Positions 54,006-64,000 of a stretch of DNA of 64,000 bases are shown piece after piece. The position numbers and the translations under genes were made by a program. Location of the stretch: the NCBI RefSeq assembly GCF_009914755.1, contig NC_060926.1. One strand, written 5' to 3'. Position 1 is the stretch's first letter, and every line of letters begins with the position of its first letter. A model generated the notes under the pieces. The model made no database searches, was not told the origin of the DNA, and saw nothing but the letters and a program-made list of their open reading frames with translations. Source of the stretch: the human T2T-CHM13v2.0 reference genome, Homo sapiens.

Positions 54006-54483
54006 TTTTTTAAATAGTGGTAACATACACATAAAACTTACTATCTTAACCATTTTTGAGTGTGCAGTTCAATAGTGTTAAGTGAATTTCCATTGTTGTG
54101 TAATCAATGTCCAGAACTTTCCCATCTGTCACAACTGAAACTCTATCCCCATTAAACAACTCCTCATTTTCCCCTTTCCTCAGCTCCTGGCAAACATAAT
54201 TCTACTTTCCATTTCTATGAATTTTATTACTTTAGACACTTCATATAAGTGGGCTTATAGTATTTGTCTTTTTGTGGCTTATTTCATTTATCAGGCCTGC
54301 AAGATGTATCCACGTTGTAGTATTGTGTCAGAGTCTCATTCCCATTTAAGGCTGAATAATATTCATATATATATATGTATATATATATATACAAATTATT
54401 TTTCCATTCATGTGTAGATGAACACTTGGGTAGTTTCTAATCTTGGCTATCGTAAATAATGCTGTTATGAACATAGGTGTACA
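54006..54483 (-). mobile_element. L1MB3-like 3' end
   Basis: 'atcttaaccatttttgagtgtgcagttc', 'actgaaactctatccccattaaacaactcc', 'tttaaggctgaataatattc'. Confidence 0.9.
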
Positions 54484-54495
54484 CTCTACCTACTA

Positions 54496-54955
<460 letters not shown>

Positions 54956-55189
54956 AGAAGAAGAAAAAGAGAAGGAAGGAAGGAAGGAAAGAAGGAAGGA
55001 AAAAGAAAGAAAGAAAGAAAGAAACGAAAGAAAGAAGGAAAGAAAGAAAGAAAAGAAAAAAGAAATAGAAAGAAAAGAAGAAAGAAAAGAAAAAAGAAAT
55101 AGAAAAGAAGAAAGAAAGAGGAAGGAAGGAAGAAAGAAAAAGCAAAGAAACAGAGAAAGAAAGAAGAAAGAAACAAACAAAGAAAGAAA

Positions 55190-55249
<60 letters not shown>

Positions 55250-55277
55250 GAAGAAAGAAAGAAAGAAAGAGAAGAAA
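54956..55277. repeat. Complex GAAA/GGAA polypurine microsatellite expanded from the Alu tail
   Basis: About 320 bp, almost all A/G, including a perfect (GAAA)14 at 55193-55248. Confidence 0.97.
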
Positions 55278-55582
55278 CTTCAGAGTACATTGCTGCTTTG
55301 AATTGAGTTGTGCATTAGGAAGCATCAGTCTCCCAGGGAGGAACAGAGAGCTGATAAGGTAGCATGCATTCTCCCAAATCTGTCCCACCCAGAGAATAAT
55401 GCTCTAGATTTTTCTGACATGTTTCTGGAGGGTGATAATGCTAAAAGTCCCTTGCAGAATCATTTCCCATTACTAAATTCACCTGCTTTATTACGTCTCA
55501 GGAATGAATTTTTTCAATTAAGTCTTCCCCTTGTTTTTGTTGTGTTGTAACTACTTTACGATGACTGCCCTACTTAGGGATG

Positions 55583-55958
55583 GTATCTTAGGCCATTTGG
55601 GCTGTTACAAACATTTTTGTTACAAAAATACCATAAGCAGGATAGCTTATAAACAACATAAATTTATTTCTTACAGTACTAGAGGCTCGGAAAGTTGAGA
55701 TTAAGTCACTGTCAGAATCGGTATCTGGTGAGGCTCAGTTTTCTGGTTCACAGACAGTGACTGTCTTCTCGCTGTGTCTTCTCTTACAATGGCTTTCCCT
55801 TGCAGTGGATCTCTCTTGCATCTCTTTAATAAAAGCACTAATCTGATTCACCGATTCATGAATCACGAATCACTTTTGAAAGATCCCGTCTCCTAATACC
55901 ATCATATTGGGAATTGGAATTTCAACATAGGAATTTGGGGGGAATATTAGTCTATTGT
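55583..55958 (-). mobile_element. MLT1A/MSTD-like LTR
   Basis: 'cttataaacaacataaatttatttcttacagt'...'ctcctaataccatcatattggg...tttcaacatag'. Confidence 0.85.
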
Positions 55959-56405
55959 TGATGGTTTGATGACCTAATTCTCATGGTGGTTTTAACCCAT
56001 GCTCTGTTTTAATAAAAATAAAATGTTGTAAAATTATATAATTTTTTCTGACAGATAACTCCACCCTTTCCTCATACTTTATCCTCTTTAAAATCACTAT
56101 ATATTTAGAAGATGGTTTATTTTCTAGGCATTTCTGCAAACTGATTAGGTCGAACTTTTATTTTTCTTTGACCAAATATTATATTTATTATCAAATATAT
56201 GCATTCTACTTTGATCCTCCTGATCCTCCCTCCATTACCCCCAAAAAACCTTTTAAGGATCATATCATTTTAATTAGGAAGTTCTTCGGCTACATTCAAA
56301 ATATGATTTTTCTTTATAAAATTGGACTAATAACTCCAATTTGTGCAGACCACATCTGAAGAATGTTACAAACGTGTGTGAACTCTGTAAGGCTCCCAGT
56401 CCAAC

Positions 56406-56698
<293 letters not shown>

Positions 56699-57159
56699 CC
56701 AGTCCAACTTTTATGTCTCCATTTTCATCTTTCCTAATCCAGCCTTATACTGGAAGCTTCTTCGGACTAAGCCAAGTAAACCTTAGGTCTTCATGTTCAT
56801 ATGGGGACCTTAATATTGATACGGTGCTTGTACACTTTAAAATATTTCCACATATGTTAAGCTTGTGGTGATCCTCTGAGGCATGACAGATACTATTTTC
56901 CTTGTTTCATAGAAGAGAAAATTTGAGGTTCCCTGGCTTCCAGTCTGGCACTCTTCCTGCTATTCCATGCTGTGTTCTCTGATTGAAAAATAGTAAGTCT
57001 TTGGTATTCCCCAGCTTGGTCAAATCTGTTTAAAGATCACTTAGCCCACTTTTTTCTGAGTCCATATGAACCAAGTGATCCTTTAATCTGCCTTATTGAG
57101 TAAATGCACCCTTCCTGAAGTAAGTGAGTGCCCTACAGAGTTAGGTGCCAAGCTGAGCT

Positions 57160-57649
57160 GCAGTCATGGGTTATTTACTGCCAATTTGGCATCACCAACA
57201 CTCCCTTCTAAGGGTTCCTCTGTCTTTTGAGAAGCTGGGAGCTATATTTGCAGAATGCCTTTCCCCATATGTTTACAGATTGGTTGACCAAGAAGTCCCT
57301 TCTTGCTGAAGATTTGGAAGGCTGAAACGAACAACAGGCTAGAGGTGGTTATAGGCAGAAATGTGGACAGCTGTGAGATTCTAAGAGGCTCCACCAGAAA
57401 GCCATGTCCTTCATCATTGCAGACTGTGATGGTTGAAGAGAAATGTCTAGAAGTTCAAGAACAATGGACAATGAACAGAGAACTGTTCAGCTGGGAGCTG
57501 AGGCTGAGGCTGTCCACCATGGCTTCATTGACCTCAGCTTCCTCCAGTTGTCCAATGGTTGTGTAGGCTTCTTGACATCTGCATTAAACCTTTTTAATTT
57601 GGATTATCTAGAGCAACCAGTTTTTCTTGACTAAACCCTGACTGATAGA
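57160..57649 (+). mobile_element. Old ERVL LTR (LTR33/LTR50 group)
   Basis: 'aagctgggagctatatttgcagaatgcctt', 'gaagatttggaaggc', end 'aaccctgactgataga'. Confidence 0.6.
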
Positions 57650-58044
57650 ATCATTCCCATGCTAAGTGCTAACATTTTGATTATGACTTTTATTCTTATT
57701 GCTAAAAAGCATAATTTCAAAAGATATAATTAGGACACTGATATAAATATAATATGAATATATGGTAAGGATTTTGTTCAACTCATTAATTAGGTGGGGA
57801 AACAATTAGATATTAAGATTAGTTCAAACAATATTTGAGGAGGTAGATATTTATAGAACACTTAATTTTAAAATGTTAAGATAAGATATTTGGGTTATAT
57901 ATAAAACTTTTTAATATCTTACAGAGCAATACATAATAACTTTGGGGTTATATTTCCACCAAATCCTATGCCTTTCCATGGGACAAAAATCAACATGTTA
58001 AAGTAAAACTTCTGGGACTTTCATTAGATATTTTTTTAATTAGC

Positions 58045-58290
58045 ATCATCATCATCATCATTTGCTATACACTTGATAGGTTATAGACACTACAGTAACA
58101 TGTTCTCAAACATGTAATTGTCCTTTCAACAATTTTGTGAGGTAGATTTTGTCACCTACATTTTAGAGATTTGGAAACTGAGCCCAGTGAACCTACCTGA
58201 CCTCCTCAAGGTCACGGACTGAGTTAGAGCTAGGATTTAAATCCAGATTTGTCTCACACTGAGGCCTGTGATTTCCTCCTGGTTCACTAT
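58045..58290 (-). mobile_element. MIR
   Basis: 'cattttagagatttggaaactgagccc...caaggtcac...agagctaggatttaaatccag'. Confidence 0.8.
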
Positions 58291-58959
58291 CACCTAATTA
58301 ATTCATATGCTCCTGACTGCATCAATTAATAAAATCAGCTTGGAGAATAACAAAGTTGAAAACTAAGCAAAGGAACATAACTGAATACAAAGTGTTATTA
58401 CAAAAGATTAACTGCCTTGAAAAGTAAAAGCAGTATAAAGTAAGTCATGTAAACCTTAAGGGGATAAGGGCCTTAGATTATTCAAAAGATAAATATATTT
58501 GGAAAAATGTTAGCAACTGGGATTAAAAATCCAAAGTTGCCATTTCCACCAGATTATTTTTTCATGGTCTGTGATGTGCCAAGTGTAAAGCATAGGAGTA
58601 ACATAAAGGCAGGCTCATGCCCTTGAGCAGGCCCCAACCAAGCAGAATCTCTGAAACTTGAATAGAGCATGGAACCTACTTAGCAGAGGGAGTGAGGGAG
58701 AGAGATTTCTCAGACTCTGAGCCCACGCCATCTCATCCCAAAGTCTAGAGAGCACAGTTTGTGATTCATGGTCAAAACAGGCCTGATCATTTCTGGTGCT
58801 AGAATAAGATAAATTATGTCTTTCAATTAAGATTTTTCTATTTGCAGTATTCTTACCTCATCCTCAGCCAGTGTAAAAATCAAAGTTTTATTGTAAGTTA
58901 AAGAAAATAAATGAAAATATGGACAAAAAAAGATAAATGAATTCTAATTCATTAACCAC

Positions 58960-59900
58960 TAATGAGTAGTGGTTAAGGGCATAGAGTCTGGAGTCAGAAT
59001 GTCTGTGTTCAAATCCTGACTCTACTGTGTCCTGTGAAACTTTGGGTTGGTCACTCAACCTCTCTGTGCCTCCGTGTTGTAAACGTCCAGTGGGTTTACC
59101 TTGCCCACTGCCTAGACAGAGCCAATTAATCAAGACAGGGGAATTGCAATAGAGAAAGAGTAAATTCACACAGAGCCAACTGTGCAGAAGACTGGAGTTT
59201 TATTATTTCTCAAATCCATCTCCCAGGGCATTCAGAGTTTTTAAGGATAATTTGGTGAGTGGAGGAAGGCCAGTGAGTCCAGAGTGTTGATTGGTTAGGT
59301 CAGAGATAAAATCATAGGGAATTAAAGCTGTCCTCTTTCACTGAGTCCGTTCCTGGATGGGGACCACAGGATCAGATGAGCCAGTTTATCTATCTGAGTG
59401 TTTCAATAAACTGGGTGCCAGCTGATCCATCAAGTGCAGGGTCTGCAAAATATCTCAAGCACTGATCTTAGGAGCAGTTTAGGGAGGATCAGATCTTGTA
59501 GCTTCCAGCTGCATGACTCCCTAAACCATAACTTCTAATCTTGTGGCTAATTTGTTAGTCTTACAAAGGCAGTCTAATCCCCAGGCAAGATGGACGTTTG
59601 TTTAGAGAAAGGGCTGTTAACATCTTTGTTTTACACTATAAAGTAAGATCCTCCCAAAGTTAGTTCTACACTCTACACCCAGGAATGAACAAGGACAGCT
59701 TAGAGGTTAGAAGCAAGATGGAGCTGGTTAGGTCAGATCTCTTTCTCAGTTATAATTTTGCAATAGCTATTTCAGTGTCTTCATCTATAAAACAGGGATA
59801 ATAAGAATTATACCTCATAGATTTCTATGAGAATGAAATAAGCTGAGAGTCATAAAATGTTTGAAAAATTAGCTGGCTTAAATAAGTACTCTTATTTTTT
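58960..59900 (+). mobile_element. MIR split by an LTR8 insertion
   Basis: 'gtggttaagggcatagagtctggagtcaga...aacctctctgtgcctccgtgt' resumes as 'gtgtcttcatctataaaacagggataat'. Confidence 0.85.
59078..59774 (-). mobile_element. LTR8/LTR8A (HUERS-P1, ERV1) solo LTR
   Basis: 'ccttgcccactgcctagacagagcc...caagacaggggaattgcaatagagaaagag'...'ataattttgcaatagctatttca'; perfect 4-bp TSD gtgt. Confidence 0.92.
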
Positions 59901-60016
59901 AAATATCTGTTAATGAAGTATTAGTCAGCTTTTTTTTTTTTTTTGTAATAATCTTGAGTGTTGACCCAAGGAATCTTTTGCACTAAGGCAGAGTTTTCAT
60001 GTAAAAATCCAGCCTG

Positions 60017-61052
<1,036 letters not shown>

Positions 61053-63009
61053 GAATAGTCCTATTGAATCTTCCTCACAGTTGTTGGACCTCCTAGACAT
61101 AAGAGGGAAAAAAAGTGCACCTTTTCTTAGCTCTTCCAGAGTGTTCTCTAGTGCATGCTACTTTCAAGTTCTTTCCCCAAACTTTTCTCACCTATGTTTG
61201 CCTATGGGGCTGTGACTCAGAAGTTCATGAGCAATGTGTTCCTATAAAGAAGAAGGAGTGTAGGGCCACCTTCGGCTTATGTTTTAGCTCTAGAGGATGA
61301 GGGAAGAGCCAACGTGTGCCAGTTTGAGGATGGATGTACAGTGAGTAGTGAGGGGCTTTTTCCACCTTGAACACATGAGCGCTCTTGAGGCCCTCCCACT
61401 GTACATTCAGAGTCACCAGATTTGTGCATGATATCTCTGCACATACAAGAAAAGAGTTCCTGTGACTGCTCAATATTTTCTGTCTTGGTAAGAATGAAGA
61501 GCAAGAGAACTAAGGCCCTAGGAAAAGGCAATGGCAAAGAACAGATACGTGGCTTTCACCCCCGCCACTATCTTTCCAGAAAACCCCATGTAAACCTTGA
61601 GCACACTGCAAAGTCATGGTTTGGGCAGGTTTCTTTCTCTAGCAAGAAAGCCCCATGCCACCCTGCCAGTTCACTGGGGCCTCTCAGGCACCATTCTCAG
61701 CATGAGCTATTGGTTGGGTCAGGTATGTAGGGGAGCTGCTGGTGCCACTGAAGTCACGTGATAATTGTGGGCTCCTGGCCAGGAATCTGCTGATCTAGCT
61801 TGGGGACAGGGTGGGCAGGATGTGCCATTGATTCCCTTGTGAGAAATTCCTAAGAACCTACTCTCCATCTGCAGTTAATTCTCGCAGGACAATTAAGGGA
61901 TTTTTTTTCTCTCTCTCTTCTCTAAAGCAAACAAATAAAGGTCGAATTATTTTTCCAGCAATCTGAGTTTAAGAGTCTAAAATTCTAATTTTTTGTTTAC
62001 TGGAAACAGTAAAATTCAATTGCCATTTGTTTTCTTCTTTAAAATCCCCTTTACCGCACTTTCAAAGTAAGCTTTTCTCATAGCCCTGAAGAGCCTTTGT
62101 CTTTAGGTTGTCAGTAAAAACAAGTTGATCCCTTTGACTCCGTTGGTTGAGATATGAGTGCACTGAAATGTGTCCCACAGCCATTGCCAAAGTTGTGGTT
62201 TTTCAATTTATGTTGGAGACAAAAGAGTCCAAGGAGAATTCCACTTGTGTAGGTTGCATAAGAGCCGACAAACAAAGCTGAACTGGATAAGAGTATAAAG
62301 AAAATAAGAGAAGCAAAATGTGTGATAGAGGCCACAGATACTGCTGTAGAGAGCGAGATGGTGACAAGGTGAAAAGGGGCTGCAAATTTATTAACTGGCT
62401 CAGTCCTTCCTGAGAGCTCTGCACCATATCTCCTCCACACAGGTGCAGATTTTCTTTTAGTTTTATAAAGATTAGAGCAAGAAAGAAGCTGCTTTTAAAA
62501 CAAGAAAAAAAAATCAGTTTCAGTGCACCATCTTGTATAATATTTTATCCTATTGTACCCTGTCATGGTTTAGGTATCACTGTATTCTCTCATTGTGTCA
62601 TATATATATATTAAGAGCTAAATAAATGTCTGTTTCATTGAATAGTTCAGCTCTGCTCTCACCTCTCCTAATTAAACCAACACCACATGCCACTTGCTAC
62701 CTCCTGAACAATAATTATTTTTGTGTTTCTTCATTTCTCCAACAGCTCCAAAGGTGTAACATTCAGCTCTAACATTAACGCTGTTGCTTCTAGAGGCTCT
62801 GTACCCATCTCTCTGTTATGCCACACTGCCTTTAGACCTACTAGACTACAACACTTTGTCCTTTATGTCTCCTTACAGGTCCCAATAAGAGTCCCTGAAG
62901 ACAAAAGGCAAATTGCATACCCAACATCAATTACATTTATCTTCCTTCATACACAAAGCATTGTATGTTTCCACATTCAAGAAACAAAGAAACTCATGAG
63001 TCATCATGG

Positions 63010-63190
63010 GAAGACCATGACTTTTAGATTCAGACTGATCTATATGCAAATGTGGAACTGATTCTACATTACATGTCCAGCTGTAAAACTGGGAGTAAAG
63101 TATATGACCTCTTTGGATCTGTTTTTTTCATCAGAATAATAGTAATATTTACCTTGCAGGTTTGTTCTGGGAACTCAATGAGATGACACA
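63010..63190 (+). mobile_element. MIR fragment
   Basis: 'gactttt agattcagactgatct...atttaccttgcaggtttgttctgggaactcaatgagatga'. Confidence 0.65.
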
Positions 63191-64000
63191 CGTGCAGTGG
63201 GGTTGCAAATGTACCCATGTTAGAGTCAAATGTGGGAAAAACAGGGGCCTTTTAGTGTTCTATATGTAGACTAGTCTTTGTAAACTTGCACCCCCACTGA
63301 TAGTGGAGGCAGTCCTGTGATCTTGGTTTGATCTAGTAATTGACATGTCATTTAGTTAACACAATCTGTTTTAGATGCTTTTCAGACTTTCAGATTCTCT
63401 CTCCTACTCCTGAACTTCCCTGGAATGACACCAAGATGTATGAGGGGTTTACTCTGTCCTTGTGACAGTGGAGAGAAAAAAATTCAGATCATGCGAAGTC
63501 CTCAGATACCCTCTATGCCCAGCTGTGGACAGGCTGGTGGAACTCCTCTCCTTGTCTGAGGATTGCTGAGCTATGCCTAGCTCTGCCTATCCTTTTGGAG
63601 TGAAGCTTTGGCTCCCTGGAGTCCAAGGTTTCAGGTATCTGTGTGTATTCAAGTCCACCCTCACTTTATCCTATCCACTCTGACCCCAAGCCTCTGACAA
63701 GTTGCCCACTCCTTTCTCAACACTTCCACATCCCTTCTGGAGCATTTGGGAAATCTTAAATCCCTGTCATAACAAGTTCAGACAATGGAGAGTCAGGGCT
63801 TCATTGTGGACTCATCACCTGAACCCATTCTCCAGTCTTCCCACAGAATTGCTCTGGAACCACCATGGATCTGGCGTCCAGCTGAAGGCACAAGTTGTTC
63901 TAGGTGCCTGCAGGCTCTGCCTTGGAAAATAATCTACTCCTCTGATATTTGTGTATTGCCCCACGCTTACTTCTATGTTCCTAAAAGACTTTTGCATTTG

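Noticed and set aside
55844-55873. Palindrome around gattcatgaatc
   Set aside because: It is a small local duplication inside an MLT1A LTR; no evidence of function.

Overview
AT-rich primate genomic DNA, most likely human, since it carries AluY, AluS and AluJ/FLAM copies. It looks intronic or intergenic. I found no credible protein-coding exon, rRNA, tRNA or CRISPR array; the ORF track is explained by Alu, L2, simple-repeat and chance ORFs. A large part of the window is recognisable interspersed repeat: 16 Alu/FLAM copies, L1 fragments (old L1M to L1PA7-like), L2 and MIR, many MaLR/ERVL/ERV1 LTRs (several nested three deep), DNA-transposon MITEs (MER5, Tigger4a, MER91, two MADE1 hairpins) and probable very ancient CR1 and tRNA-SINE relics. 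Subfamily names come from my recall of consensus sequences and need RepeatMasker/Dfam confirmation; the boundaries of old elements are approximate. I see no evidence for a new multi-gene system. The features least explained by known repeats are a near-perfect 54/58-bp duplication 2.4 kb apart with a nearby direct/inverted/direct micro-rearrangement, a 105-bp element with terminal inverted repeats, two CpG-retaining segments with promoter or splice-donor signals, and a ~320-bp polypurine tract.
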